In this document: positions 30,851-40,573 of the stretch, piece by piece
Layout: each line of letters opens with the position of its first letter
How positions within the stretch are numbered: position 1 is the first letter of the stretch
Virus record (IMG/VR): IMGVR_UViG_3300044821_000131
Span: 140,258 to 204,257 of that record
Length of the DNA stretch: 64,000 nt
Reading direction: 5' to 3' (one strand)
The notes under the pieces: generated by a model
The model's input: the letters and a program-made list of their open reading frames with translations, nothing else
Databases searched by the model: none
Told to the model about the DNA's origin: nothing
Made by a program: the position numbers and the translations under genes

Positions 30851-33288
30851 AACTTTCGTAGCAGTTCGAGCAGGGCCTCTGCATTCATTAGGATCTCCCG
30901 GAACTTGTACATTGAAGCAGAAGCGTGCTTTGTCACCAACTCCTTATGTACGTCTTGGCGCCGATGGCTGGACAGATTGGCGAAACTCAACACCATTGTA
31001 CCAGAGGTTGTATCCAATTTGAAATGCTTGGGCAGGTCCTCTAAGGGTATACCGGTCAGCAGGTCACGAAAAACTGGCATGTCATCATCGAAGACCTCAA
31101 ATTTCTGATATTGAGTAAAGCGCTCGATCAGCCTGCGGCCCTCAAGGATATAGTCCACCATAACCGAAGCCTGGTCATCCATCATAGGACTTACTCCGCC
31201 ACTTCCTTCGCGTACCAGTCGCAGCGTGATCTGGGTGTAGATGTTGTAGGCCACGGTGTAGATTTGATCATACAGTGGCTTGTCGATCTCTACGCTAAAC
31301 GGTAGTCCTAATTTACTGAGTGCCATGATGTAGCCGGACCGACCTTGGCATCCTTCAGGGTCATGGTATAAGCCGAATACGGGATATGCGGCAAACTCGG
31401 ATGGAACGAGACTTGTCTCTCGGCGTTTATTTGAGTTGAGATCGAATGGATGCACCTGGCCGAAAGGGAGAAATAACGCACCCAGCAGTTTAAGGCTGTT
31501 GTCATTGTTCGCCAACGAGAGCACAGGAAAGGTGCGCTTAAGGAAAAGTCGAGCGCACATCGAAGCCATCAGGGCCAGAAACGATTTTATCTGGGGCGTC
31601 ACCAGATCGGTGGAATTGGATTGGGCGAACTTCTGAAATTTATAATGATCCTGCAGGAGGCTGAAAAAAGGATGTCCAACACGCAGAGTTTCATCCAAGC
31701 CGGAGATCGAAACCTTCCATGTGGGCGTGTTAAAAATACTGCGATTCGAAGTCCAGCCGAGATGTTTGAGGCCTAGTGTACTCGCGTAATTTTGACTCTG
31801 AAAGTGAGCACTCAAACTCTGCATGATGTAGGTCCTGGCCGAAGCATCATAGATGATGGGCTGGAATGCACTCTTGCCTTGGGTGTGTACCAACACCGCG
31901 GTTCGGAGCGTAGTTAGAAGATTGGCAGCCTTTTCGGCGGATTTACGATCAAGACAGAAGGGATATTCTGTGCCATCGACCATCATGGTGCCGTAGTGAT
32001 AAAGATCGCCATTTTCTTGGAACCACACGCTGGAGAACAAGCGCAGTGTGAAGTTAGAACCGAGCACAGGCTGCGATGTTTTATTCTTTCGGTACACGTA
32101 CCCGGCGTTGGTCTCTTCCAGTTCGACGTCGGATACGAAAAACGTTTTTGGAGTAATCGTGTGTTTTTTGATTTTCTGTACTATATCGTCGCGCCCAAGA
32201 TCATGCATCCATCCGATGATGCTATCAATAACGACACGGTCGAAACGAAGATCATCCAGCACCCGACCCACCTTCGGTGTGATATCGTTCTCGATTGCGA
32301 CGGACGCTTGGAATTCAGAAACGGCAAATTCCAACCAAGTCTTACGTTTGGGTTTCTCCGATCCTTGTAGGATATCATGTTCGACCGACACGTGATAATC
32401 GACGAAGCCTCCTCTAAAGCGAGCTATCAATGAAAGGTCGTAGTCATTGCCGGCGATGAACGTGCCGGTGCGTAATTGCATTTGATGCACTTTGCTGGAA
32501 ACGTTGAAGTGCGGATGCACTACACCGAAATCGAGGTTGCCATAATAGACACCTTGCGAGAATAACTTGGCCGACTGTAACGCGTTACCGGTCACTCGTA
32601 CATCATCAGTGTCTGGGGCGATTGTGTGTAAGCCAAAGAAAGAATGACGCGCATGGTTTATATCGACTACGACAGGGCCACCGTCGTTCAGCGGATATAT
32701 CACCAACCGGGAGAATGTGTGGTAATTGCTGAAGTAGGGTAAGACGATGTAAGTATCACAGGGCTGAAATTTTTCACTGGCGCTGTAGGGTGTCAGAAGT
32801 CCATTCAGATCAAGACCTTTGGCCACATAAAGAAAACGAGCTACATGGGGAGCTCGAATATTTCGCCGCTCCAACCACATCAAAGCTTCCGGATAAAGTG
32901 GGGCACGATCGCGAAGGTTGAGATTCAGTTCGTAGAGCTTCAAGAACTGTGCTCGTTGAGATTCCAGCTGGCTAACGAAGACCACGCGAGAGGTGTCGGG
33001 TTGAACGTTTGCAGACGGCTCGACCATGTCCCCATAGCGGCTCATAACGTGGTTTACGGCAAGATCATAGCCTCCCATATGAAAAGCCAGAAAATCGAAC
33101 ACATCCCCGGCTACAAACGAACACTTAGGATCTAGGCTGATGAACTCATCGCCTACGAGCCAAATACGAGCATCGGCCAAGTGCGGGTGCTGGATATAGC
33201 TATAACCCGAGGCGTCCTTGATATTTAGGCCGAGATCGCGTACGACCCGGTAAGGTTCGACGGCCTTAAAAATGTCTTGAATACGCAT
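30748..33288 (-). CDS. DnaG-like primase-derived protein with apparently degenerate active site and long C-terminal region
   Basis: Primase-like order of motifs: GDVFDFL, EALMWLERRNI, IVLPYF, FFGLH; the TOPRIM EG..D position reads TGNALQS. Confidence 0.5.
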   Translation of the reverse strand: MRIQDIFKAVEPYRVVRDLGLNIKDASGYSYIQHPHLADARIWLVGDEFISLDPKCSFVAGDVFDFLAFHMGGYDLAVNHVMSRYGDMVEPSANVQPDTSRVVFVSQLESQRAQFLKLYELNLNLRDRAPLYPEALMWLERRNIRAPHVARFLYVAKGLDLNGLLTPYSASEKFQPCDTYIVLPYFSNYHTFSRLVIYPLNDGGPVVVDINHARHSFFGLHTIAPDTDDVRVTGNALQSAKLFSQGVYYGNLDFGVVHPHFNVSSKVHQMQLRTGTFIAGNDYDLSLIARFRGGFVDYHVSVEHDILQGSEKPKRKTWLEFAVSEFQASVAIENDITPKVGRVLDDLRFDRVVIDSIIGWMHDLGRDDIVQKIKKHTITPKTFFVSDVELEETNAGYVYRKNKTSQPVLGSNFTLRLFSSVWFQENGDLYHYGTMMVDGTEYPFCLDRKSAEKAANLLTTLRTAVLVHTQGKSAFQPIIYDASARTYIMQSLSAHFQSQNYASTLGLKHLGWTSNRSIFNTPTWKVSISGLDETLRVGHPFFSLLQDHYKFQKFAQSNSTDLVTPQIKSFLALMASMCARLFLKRTFPVLSLANNDNSLKLLGALFLPFGQVHPFDLNSNKRRETSLVPSEFAAYPVFGLYHDPEGCQGRSGYIMALSKLGLPFSVEIDKPLYDQIYTVAYNIYTQITLRLVREGSGGVSPMMDDQASVMVDYILEGRRLIERFTQYQKFEVFDDDMPVFRDLLTGIPLEDLPKHFKLDTTSGTMVLSFANLSSHRRQDVHKELVTKHASASMYKFREILMNAEALLELLRKFYGCALPIGDGAKSDTLTEVVSQPLSQSIDSLSK

Positions 33289-33310
33289 TGGGGTTTAATA
33301 TGATTGGTAC

Positions 33311-34372
33311 ATGGATTTTGTAAAAGACTGCTCTGGCCGACATTTGCTTCGGATCAACAACTTGGTGACCGTACCGGAATACGTCAAACAAGCCTCGATC
33401 CCAGACGACGGCCTCGGTGATCTGCCCGAACACTTGTTCGCAGATCCTGTCCGTCGTGAGTTTCCCATTGACAGCGCCGGTCATACGTATCTCAGTCAGG
33501 CTTACTGTATGTCTGCCGGAATCGATAGCAAGTCAATTCTAGGAAACATCAAATCGGCCATGTCCCGCTTTCCCGAGGTGCCGGCGGATATCGCAAAACT
33601 GGAGGCGGCCATGGATGCCAGCGTCAAATCCAGTTCTGTTGGTAATCAGCCACAGTTCGCCGTTTACGTCGATTTCGGTGCCGGCAATCCGGACTCTGAA
33701 ATCGAGTACGTGAAGTCCGGCGGCGTGAAAGGTTTCTATCCCATCAATGATGTAGACCAAGTGGTGGATTCTGCCATTCAGATCGGCAACGAGTCGCATC
33801 GCATCCCACTGGAACTCTTTGTTGAAGGTTGTCAGGCGATCTACAAATCGGCCAAAGATATGGGTTGCACCGAGCAACTACCGAAGACCATTGTTCAATA
33901 CGGCGTGGAACGCGTGCCGGATTACGAGTTCGTGAAACAACAGGCTGAGATCCGAGCGCGTGAGACGAATGACCCGATTTACATCGAACTGGCAGCTTCG
34001 GCTGAAGACGACACAGAACACGACTCCAATTTGTGGTCCGAACTCTGGGGCAAGGCCGATGCGAGTCACGGCGTCAAGTATGCTCGGCACACGTTGAACC
34101 CCTATCAGATATTTCATTCCGGCATGCCCAAATCGGCCTTTGAAGCGGCTATCAATAAATGGACACTCTTGCATGGCGCCGCCATTCCGGTTCCTGCGCT
34201 GCAGGCTCTGAAAGAGGACAGCATCAGCCGTGTGATGTCGAAGGAAGCCGCGGACAAGGTGCAGGAGGTCCTGAACAAGTCAGCCTCAGTTACCGGGGCG
34301 GAATTGGCCAACGAGTTGTCAAAGCTCGATAAACCGATCCAGTTGGCACTGTTGAAACTGGTCGCCCAGTAA
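33311..34372 (+). CDS. Hypothetical protein, possibly head-associated
   Basis: 353 aa; LPEHLFADPVRREFPIDSAGHTYLS resembles the LPxSxFAxP..R.YPI motif of some phage head proteins. Confidence 0.35.
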   Translation: MDFVKDCSGRHLLRINNLVTVPEYVKQASIPDDGLGDLPEHLFADPVRREFPIDSAGHTYLSQAYCMSAGIDSKSILGNIKSAMSRFPEVPADIAKLEAAMDASVKSSSVGNQPQFAVYVDFGAGNPDSEIEYVKSGGVKGFYPINDVDQVVDSAIQIGNESHRIPLELFVEGCQAIYKSAKDMGCTEQLPKTIVQYGVERVPDYEFVKQQAEIRARETNDPIYIELAASAEDDTEHDSNLWSELWGKADASHGVKYARHTLNPYQIFHSGMPKSAFEAAINKWTLLHGAAIPVPALQALKEDSISRVMSKEAADKVQEVLNKSASVTGAELANELSKLDKPIQLALLKLVAQ

Positions 34373-34373
34373 A

Positions 34374-34979
34374 ATGGCTGTCAAACCACAGGCGTTGAAT
34401 CCCAAAGGGGTTTTCCTGGCCCTCACCGATCCGAACACCTTCGCAACGGTAATCCATATAGTGCTGATTTCCCGTTACGGCGAAGAGATTTACAACGAGG
34501 ACCCAATAGAACTCTTTCTTCGGCTGGAGGAGGACTTTGGATCGAAACCCTGTGAAGAGGTCGAGAACAAGATAAATGCCATACTGCTTGCCACCAGTAC
34601 GGATCTGTTTTACGAGGACCCGCATGCGTTCACGACCATCTGCCAGACGCTCACAACCGGAGACCCGGGAATTGACATGCTGGACCCGCTTACCTTGCCC
34701 GAGGTGATGTGGGGCGTGTACGAAGTAGAGTTGAACCATGGCTCGGGCAAAATGTCCAAACATGTGGAAAAGGTTATTCAGCAGGTCGTCGAGGAAGAGT
34801 CAAACGAGGTGGATCACGAGGCCATGTTGAACGAGGATCCCTACGACTACTTGATGCACTTTTTGGAGGACCAGCGGGAAGTTCTGCAACGTCAGATGGA
34901 AGCCGTAGGATTGACCGGTACCGACCTGCCGCCAGTACAGACCTTGGCCGACCCCAAGACCCATCCTGCCCTGCAATAG
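34374..34979 (+). CDS. Acidic hypothetical protein
   Basis: 201 aa ORF coupled to the previous gene. Confidence 0.5.
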   Translation: MAVKPQALNPKGVFLALTDPNTFATVIHIVLISRYGEEIYNEDPIELFLRLEEDFGSKPCEEVENKINAILLATSTDLFYEDPHAFTTICQTLTTGDPGIDMLDPLTLPEVMWGVYEVELNHGSGKMSKHVEKVIQQVVEEESNEVDHEAMLNEDPYDYLMHFLEDQREVLQRQMEAVGLTGTDLPPVQTLADPKTHPALQ

Positions 34980-35028
34980 AGCGGTATTCTGTGTTATAAG
35001 TATTTGAACAGGATATGTTTAGATATTG

Positions 35029-35125
35029 ACCTATTTGCCCTATTTTAACCTAGGGCAATTGGGTTAGTTCTTTGAGTGCTGCTGTCGGGTACGACTGACG
35101 GCAGCACTCAAGGAGTTACTTCCTT
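35029..35125 (+). other. Cluster of intergenic inverted repeats/hairpins
   Basis: ttgcccta/tagggcaa; 15-bp stem 35072-35086/35097-35111 with one G-U pair; aagga/tcctt. Confidence 0.6.
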
Positions 35126-35191
35126 GTCAACAAACCAACAAAACAAAAACAACGGCAACCGCGCGGCCGACAACAGTGCGATAGAAAACCT

Positions 35192-35398
35192 ATGGCTAAA
35201 GCTCAACAATCAAAATCGAGTAATCGTGCAACTGGCAAACACATAGTGAAGCAGGCGACTTCACCGCACTGGGTTGAACCCTGCAAATTACCCTCGTTAG
35301 CCGAAGACCTGTCAACACGGGTTTCGCTGTTCGAGTATGTAGTCGCCAACGTTCAAAACAGCTGCACATTAACCGGAATAGCAGGGTACAGCGAATAA
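35192..35398 (+). CDS. Small hypothetical protein
   Basis: 68 aa ORF following an A/C-rich leader. Confidence 0.4.
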   Translation: MAKAQQSKSSNRATGKHIVKQATSPHWVEPCKLPSLAEDLSTRVSLFEYVVANVQNSCTLTGIAGYSE

Positions 35399-35404
35399 AA
35401 TACT

Positions 35405-36010
35405 ATGCGAACAATAACCGCGGTCGTTCCCATTTCCGGAGTTCCCAAGAATGGGGTGTTCTCAGTCGAAGGCGCGGAGAGACTTAAAAATGGTCTCGTG
35501 CATATATTGATTGACGTGGGACCTACTCCGGAAGCTTGGAGAACTTGGAAAGTGAATGCCACAGTGTCAATCGCTTCACGGCTCTTGACACTACGTGCAC
35601 CAGCTACCATCAACGACATACTGTTTGAGATCTGGTCGGACGATTTGGTCAAAGCCGACGTCGGCGTCACTATCGAAGTTGAGGACTCAGTTTTCAACAA
35701 TCTGCAAAAACGGCTGGCCGTTGAAAGCAAAGTGCCAGACTGGGTGATCGGGTACTTGAATGCGTCCTTTCGTTTCAACGAGAATCCTTTAAGGTTCTTA
35801 CGCAAGATATTCGGTGGTGTATGGAAGTTCGAACACGGCAAGGACCAGGGACACTTCTCGTCGGTGTATTGGAATGATGTGAAAATTTGGTCCGGGCTTA
35901 CGAACTCGGCCGTCGTTCCGATAACGACGTCTACGATTGAGTCCGACAAGACCATGCGACGAATCGAATACACCAGCATGGGTCCGACTTTGGTTGATAA
36001 TAACCGCTGA
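35405..36010 (+). CDS. Hypothetical protein
   Basis: 201 aa ORF. Confidence 0.55.
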   Translation: MRTITAVVPISGVPKNGVFSVEGAERLKNGLVHILIDVGPTPEAWRTWKVNATVSIASRLLTLRAPATINDILFEIWSDDLVKADVGVTIEVEDSVFNNLQKRLAVESKVPDWVIGYLNASFRFNENPLRFLRKIFGGVWKFEHGKDQGHFSSVYWNDVKIWSGLTNSAVVPITTSTIESDKTMRRIEYTSMGPTLVDNNR

Positions 36011-36044
36011 CATCGGATCGGACAGTTAAGATCAAACTTACAAC

Positions 36045-36078
36045 CGGCAGGAGGCTTACAACCTCCTGCCGAACTTTT
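36045..36078 (+). terminator. Candidate intrinsic terminator
   Basis: Perfect 10-bp GC-rich stem cggcaggagg/cctcctgccg with a 7-nt loop, followed by aactttt. Confidence 0.6.
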
Positions 36079-36175
36079 AATTAAATGCCGAGCAGACTGG
36101 TTCTGGTTCGGCCGAGCTTCTACGCAAAGAATTTCAAATTTTTTATCTATTGGGTCTTCCAACTGAAAGGGATAC

Positions 36176-36457
36176 ATGAAGTTGACCAGAAAGCAACTCA
36201 ACAAAATTCTAAAGCACACAGACATGTTTACAGTCGATGGCATAATGCACTTGGCTACATACAAGTACATACCGAAGGACAGTTATGACCGGGCACTTGT
36301 AGGATCGCCAATAATGCCAACTCAGCGCTCTCACAACGAGAGCTTTGCTCTACGGTTATTACTTGACGCGTACGTCGTAGCAGAGAACACACTGGACGTG
36401 TGCGGAACTAAAATCAAATTTTTCACATGGCAAGAATTATCATTAGCACCAAGTTAA
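36176..36457 (+). CDS. Hypothetical protein
   Basis: 93 aa ORF. Confidence 0.5.
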   Translation: MKLTRKQLNKILKHTDMFTVDGIMHLATYKYIPKDSYDRALVGSPIMPTQRSHNESFALRLLLDAYVVAENTLDVCGTKIKFFTWQELSLAPS

Positions 36458-36831
36458 AGGCTCGTCGCGCAAGCTTTATGCCGGCAGGAGTGCCGAAGTA
36501 TGTGCGATGTTATGATAATGGAGGTGAGACATGGGATCGGTACACTGTGGTGTATACGGGGAAATACAGAACGACGCTGCCTGCGCCGCTACGAAGAGAC
36601 TACGGCCCAAAGCGTTGGTTCCAATATGTCGGCATGTCGGAGTCCCCCTTTCATCCGCAGGGGTTCGGTCAACACGGGGAAAGCGTCAATCAAATAGACT
36701 TGAACAAATGGGGTTTCGCTCCGGCCATCGGTCGCAAGAACCATCTCGGCACGAGGATACCGTTTAAGAAGTTGCCCGAAGATTGTAGAAAACTCGTAAT
36801 ACAAGATTACCGAGATATTTGGTCGCTATGA
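36427..36831 (+). CDS. Phage hypothetical protein (YDNGG...DRYTV motif)
   Basis: CYDNGGETWDRYTVVY motif recalled from phage accessory genes; start may be 36478. Confidence 0.55.
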   Translation: MARIIISTKLKARRASFMPAGVPKYVRCYDNGGETWDRYTVVYTGKYRTTLPAPLRRDYGPKRWFQYVGMSESPFHPQGFGQHGESVNQIDLNKWGFAPAIGRKNHLGTRIPFKKLPEDCRKLVIQDYRDIWSL

Positions 36832-37436
36832 AAACGTTCGTTAATAAGAAGACTGGAAATCGTTACCCGGAAAGCGGCGTGGTCTCTTGGTTCCATCCAG
36901 CTTGGAGTCAAAAATTGAGGGGGGACTCGGCGCAGGTCTCCAGCAAGGTACGTTGGGAGCATCACATTAAGCCAGGATATCCGGAATGTACGCATGGCTG
37001 GAAGACGCTAAAGAAAAAAGAGTGGTCCGAGGAAGACATTCCGGATTTGGAGGAACCCTTTACAAAAGAACAATGGCTGGCCTATGCTGACAAGTATGGA
37101 GACATGTGCGCGATGCAGTTCTTGAATACTTGCGCTTACATGAAACCACGTGAAGCATTTCGGCTGCGCCATCCACCTAAGAATGAGGAGAAGTGGTACG
37201 ATCCTGACACAACAGCTTGGTTTAAAAGAATATTTAAACGAGAACATAATGATTTTCTGGACGGTTATTTAATGTGGTACGGCAACACGTACAGCCTGGA
37301 CATACTAAAATTTGAAAATCATCTAGCCAGAGAATTTGGCTATCCGATGCACGAAGACGGCAGCATGAAAGACTTTATGATAAAAACATTCGGCGAAGCC
37401 GAGACCGACAAATTTGAACTTCTGTTTCTTACATAA
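36828..37436 (+). CDS. Hypothetical protein
   Basis: ATGA coupling at 36828. Confidence 0.5.
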   Translation: MKTFVNKKTGNRYPESGVVSWFHPAWSQKLRGDSAQVSSKVRWEHHIKPGYPECTHGWKTLKKKEWSEEDIPDLEEPFTKEQWLAYADKYGDMCAMQFLNTCAYMKPREAFRLRHPPKNEEKWYDPDTTAWFKRIFKREHNDFLDGYLMWYGNTYSLDILKFENHLAREFGYPMHEDGSMKDFMIKTFGEAETDKFELLFLT

Positions 37437-37438
37437 CA

Positions 37439-37825
37439 ATGAGCCTTAACACTGATGAGATTGAACCGGCGATTCGAGATATGCACTTTAACGGTCCTAG
37501 TACCATGCCGGGAGGAATTGACCTGCTGTGTCCCAATTGCACATCGGTCAGTTTCGGAGCATTCGAGATATGGTATTCATACAAGACGCCGGTCGCCTTT
37601 AGAATAGGTGAGAATTGGAGAGTGGTGTCACAGAACTACTGGAGTAGTACCACCGGCAGACACTTAACGTTGATTGACGGTGGATCCAAAGAGGCCAAGA
37701 AATCCAGGGTGGATGATGCCACGTTCAACCGGCTGTGGAATGAGCAATTCGGAAAAGTGGTGCCGAAGGGCCAGGTTGTACCAAAGATAGATTCGTTCAT
37801 GAGCCGAAATTTAGGGCTTGATTAA
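37439..37825 (+). CDS. Phage hypothetical protein (YSY.T.VAF...WSSTTGRHL motif)
   Basis: Motif recalled from phage accessory proteins. Confidence 0.55.
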   Translation: MSLNTDEIEPAIRDMHFNGPSTMPGGIDLLCPNCTSVSFGAFEIWYSYKTPVAFRIGENWRVVSQNYWSSTTGRHLTLIDGGSKEAKKSRVDDATFNRLWNEQFGKVVPKGQVVPKIDSFMSRNLGLD

Positions 37826-37854
37826 ATGAGAACCAGTCGGCTAAAGTTCGGCCG

Positions 37855-38088
37855 ATGCAGCCCCGATACCAAGTCAAGTTCATTCAGAACAAAAAGCGCG
37901 AGCGCATCTGTATCATCATTCACCGTAACGGCCACGTGGTGCTGCAATCTGCCAGCGGCTACCGCCGACTCAACAAGGCGGTGCGAAGCGTGAAGCGATT
38001 CCTGAATGCCCTGGCTAAAGGGGACTATGTGTTCGATGTAGAACGAGTTCCGCTGGGAAGACCGGTTGGAACCAAGAAGAAGCGGTAG
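37855..38088 (+). CDS. YegP/DUF1508-like small protein
   Basis: IIHRNGHVVLQSASGYRRLNKAVRSV resembles the NG..I..SEGY pattern. Confidence 0.55.
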   Translation: MQPRYQVKFIQNKKRERICIIIHRNGHVVLQSASGYRRLNKAVRSVKRFLNALAKGDYVFDVERVPLGRPVGTKKKR

Positions 38089-38119
38089 ATCACCTATTTC
38101 CTTTAGCCATCAGCCGCGG

Positions 38120-39955
38120 CTATCCTGAATACGCTCCCGGGAGATTGTAGTTGAAGTTTCCTCGTAACATCGACTCCAGCCGTAGCTTCATGCTGAGATC
38201 ACTGAACATCGGCTCGCCAATCATAATCTTGCCAAGCATGTAAGCGTAGTTGAGGGCCTGCAGCGTGTCGTTCGGACGACTGGCACTAGCGCGATAAATA
38301 AACGTGTTAGTGCCAGCGTTCCCCGCCTTCTCACCCGGCGCGCGATACATGTTGAGACAGTCCGTCAAATACTCCTCAGCGTACTCCCAAGAGAAACAGC
38401 GTATACGCTTCTGGCGTATAGCATCGAAGGTGAAAGACAATGATTCTGTTTTGTTGAGCGACCATTGATTATAGATGTGCGGTCCTTTTGGTTCAGATAT
38501 GAGGGCTGTAGCGGGACCGACGTAGTTAAAGATAAGATGTTTCTCCGGCTGAATAAATTCTCGCAATTTGCTATTGTAGACTGCGCCAACACCGAAATCT
38601 GAGGCCAAGGCAAATCCCATGTGCTGCTTCCATTCCCGTATGATGGTACCAATGATGTCGTCGTAGTTCATACCGGTAAAGCGACTCATATGCAGAATGT
38701 CAAAGAGTCCGTTTGAAGTGATACCAAGTACGACATGTACGGTCGTACTGATCTTAGTGTGAGACATAGGTTGGTAGTCACTGCCACCCCAGTCACAACC
38801 AGACACGATGTATTGATATTTTTTTGCTTGGGCGTTACGCTTGAGCAGCCCAACGTCCTTACCGAGCGTGCAGATGTCTTGTAGTTGTTGCCGAGTTATT
38901 TCACGCTCACCTTCTTCGGTTGGGACACCAAGAATTTCCTGCAGGAACTTTCGATAATCGCCTTTGTTCTTCCGCTCATAGATCTTGGACCAGCGATAAG
39001 GATTCTGGATAACGGACGGTACGATCAACTGAGGAATGTGAAAGCCATACTTCTTGGCTTCAAACGCCTGCATGTTGGAATGAAGAAATCTACCAGCGCG
39101 AACGTTCAGGAGCTTTCCACATTTGGCACAGCAAGGTCCCTCCGGTTGAATCATGTCCATCACGCCATGTTCCGGGAGTGGAATGTTCTCGTGACCGGAC
39201 GGGCAGGTCATGACCCATACGCCACCTGAAGACTCTCCGTACTTCTTCTCAAGAAACGTGTCGGTGGTGAGCGAGGTGCCGGCGTAAAAAGTGATCGGGT
39301 ATTCCGAGGCCGATTGTACCTGCTCGACTTCGATTTCCAGATCGGGATCGAAGTCCTGACTTTCATCGAATAAGATTTCATCGGAACTTTTGCCGCGTAC
39401 ATTAGACGCACTACTGAGCACGTAGGCGAGTTCGATCTTCGATCCGTTCGCAAATTCTTTCAAGTGAAGATTCTGTCGGAGTTTGTAGTCCGGCTTGTAG
39501 TCCAGCTGCGCGCGCACCATTTCTTGTAAACGGTTGGCATAGGTCTCAAGCTGTTGACTGCGAGGACTGATGTACAGACTGGAGAATCCTGGGAACAGGC
39601 GTGTCAATAGGAGTTGACGCGCGGCGAAACTTGTGGATTTACTGATCTGTCGAGACCCCCGCAACACGGTGAACCCGCCGAGATGAATATTAAAGATTTG
39701 AAACGAAAAACCGTAATCACTAAACAGGAGCGGACGGTCTTTCGGGTAGCGCGGCCAGTAAAAACCGGTTAAGAACACCATGTTGAAATTGCAGAATTTC
39801 AAGAAATCCATCAAGGCGTCATTGAACTCCCGGGCGCCGGCAGCACTTATTTTTGATCGTTCGTAGAGGCCGGACAGTTCATTGCTGCGCGTGACGAGCT
39901 GGTGCCGAAACTCACCATCAGTGCGAAGTTTATAATCGAGGTCGAGATAAGGCAT
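38120..39955 (-). CDS. terL: Terminase large subunit (GpA-like)
   Basis: VLRGSRQISKSTS Walker A variant, RGKSSDEILFDESQD Walker B, Cys clusters (CPSGH, CAKC), nuclease motif SGCDWGG. Confidence 0.85.
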   Translation of the reverse strand: MPYLDLDYKLRTDGEFRHQLVTRSNELSGLYERSKISAAGAREFNDALMDFLKFCNFNMVFLTGFYWPRYPKDRPLLFSDYGFSFQIFNIHLGGFTVLRGSRQISKSTSFAARQLLLTRLFPGFSSLYISPRSQQLETYANRLQEMVRAQLDYKPDYKLRQNLHLKEFANGSKIELAYVLSSASNVRGKSSDEILFDESQDFDPDLEIEVEQVQSASEYPITFYAGTSLTTDTFLEKKYGESSGGVWVMTCPSGHENIPLPEHGVMDMIQPEGPCCAKCGKLLNVRAGRFLHSNMQAFEAKKYGFHIPQLIVPSVIQNPYRWSKIYERKNKGDYRKFLQEILGVPTEEGEREITRQQLQDICTLGKDVGLLKRNAQAKKYQYIVSGCDWGGSDYQPMSHTKISTTVHVVLGITSNGLFDILHMSRFTGMNYDDIIGTIIREWKQHMGFALASDFGVGAVYNSKLREFIQPEKHLIFNYVGPATALISEPKGPHIYNQWSLNKTESLSFTFDAIRQKRIRCFSWEYAEEYLTDCLNMYRAPGEKAGNAGTNTFIYRASASRPNDTLQALNYAYMLGKIMIGEPMFSDLSMKLRLESMLRGNFNYNLPGAYSG

Positions 39956-39969
39956 TGCCCAAATTTTTG

Positions 39970-39998
39970 TTGATAAATGCGAACCAGCGTGTTAAACA
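39970..39998 (+). promoter_or_regulatory. Candidate sigma-70 promoter
   Basis: TTGATA-17 bp-TAAACA in the divergent gap. Confidence 0.35.
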
Positions 39999-40004
39999 CA
40001 TCTC

Positions 40005-40538
40005 ATGGCCGATACAGATAATGCGACCCAGTCGCCGACACCGCAAGTCCAAACTGAGACACCGGCACCCGCCTTACCTGAAACGCCAGACCCCGCCGAC
40101 CTCCGTCCGCCACCTAAAATAAACATAAGGCTTAGACGCCAATGCCCAGTGGAACCTCCGACTAATGTCACAAACGTCGTCGACGAGTCTTTGACCTCAG
40201 ACGAACTTCATGCCCGTGTCACCATCGAAATTTGGAGTCGAAACGAGAAGATCTACAGTGCACCACCCAGAAAATTTGATCATCCATACGGGGCGCGCCA
40301 AGACATGAAACAGGTGAGTTACGAAGAATTTCGAGACTGGTTGAAAGGTGTGGTCAAGACAGCGCAGACGATTTACTACGAATGGTGTGGCAAGGCACCG
40401 GTGGTTCCAACACCAGAAGTGAAGCCTCCAGCGGGCGCAGCACCACAAGATCAGTATTCACTGAGCGCTATTACCAAGAACCCACCGAATATGTCTGCCG
40501 CCGTACCGCCTGTTGTACCAGAAGCCTTACCTAAATAG
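40005..40538 (+). CDS. Pro-rich hypothetical protein
   Basis: 177 aa, divergent from terL; Pro/Thr-rich termini. Confidence 0.55.
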   Translation: MADTDNATQSPTPQVQTETPAPALPETPDPADLRPPPKINIRLRRQCPVEPPTNVTNVVDESLTSDELHARVTIEIWSRNEKIYSAPPRKFDHPYGARQDMKQVSYEEFRDWLKGVVKTAQTIYYEWCGKAPVVPTPEVKPPAGAAPQDQYSLSAITKNPPNMSAAVPPVVPEALPK

Positions 40539-40573
40539 TAGTTCCGACAAATAATTAACGAGCAAAATAATCA

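Noticed and set aside
35029-35125. tRNA or tRNA-like gene
   Set aside because: Only simple hairpins are present; no cloverleaf, TTC loop or D-loop consensus
35353-36270. 305-aa minus-strand ORF
   Set aside because: It overlaps coherent plus-strand genes and a terminator, and its composition looks like an antisense shadow
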